A stretch of 63,978 bases of DNA, counting the filler, from Octopus bimaculoides (Eukaryota), in NCBI RefSeq assembly GCF_001194135.2. It is 5 parts of 5 records of this genome, joined end to end, with 100 filler letters (N's around TTAATTAATTAA, not from the genome) between each part and the next. Parts side by side here need not be neighbours in the genome. Positions count along the whole stretch, not along the records: positions 61,828 to 63,978 come from NW_026403306.1; 4 more parts are not named here. One strand, given 5' to 3'. Each line of letters opens with the position of its first letter. The stretch's first letter is position 1. Both the position numbers and the translations under genes were made by a program. Below the pieces are notes generated by a model that did no database searches, had not been told where the DNA came from, and saw nothing but the letters and a program-made list of their open reading frames with translations. Below are positions 63,878-63,978 of the stretch, piece after piece.

Positions 63878-63978
63878 GAAAGAGAGAGAGAGAGAAAGGG
63901 AGAGAGAGAGGAAAGGAAGTAGACTTGAGAGAGAAGGGAGAAAGAGAGAGAGAAGGGAGAAAGAGAGAGAGAAGGGAG
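63330..63978. repeat. (GGT/GAT)-rich then (GA)-rich low-complexity sequence
   Basis: Direct inspection. Confidence 0.85.

Overview
AT-rich, gap-ridden eukaryotic genomic DNA. The repeat families and the extreme (TA)n/(CA)n/(TATC)n/(TATG)n content suggest a coleoid cephalopod, probably Octopus; this is an inference. No intact long gene is present. The window is a transposon graveyard with an unusually broad set of retroelement clades: CRE-type RT+RLE, R4/Dong-type RLE, a second RLE-type LINE, L1/Tx1 with an internal inversion, RTE, CR1/L2-like and Penelope-like. It also holds three mariner relics, two MITEs and several tRNA-derived SINE families. A few short + strand segments have good splice signals and compatible phases, and may be exons of one or two host genes. 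The most notable unexplained structures are a minimal type-I hammerhead ribozyme with an intact core (46087-46136) plus several decayed relatives, two long hairpins (62612-62692, 18416-18508), SINE tails shared with a LINE, and a two-finger C2H2 module inserted in a (TA)n tract. Most ORFs in the supplied track are microsatellite or N-gap artefacts. All translations and alignments were done by eye, so TE boundaries are approximate.
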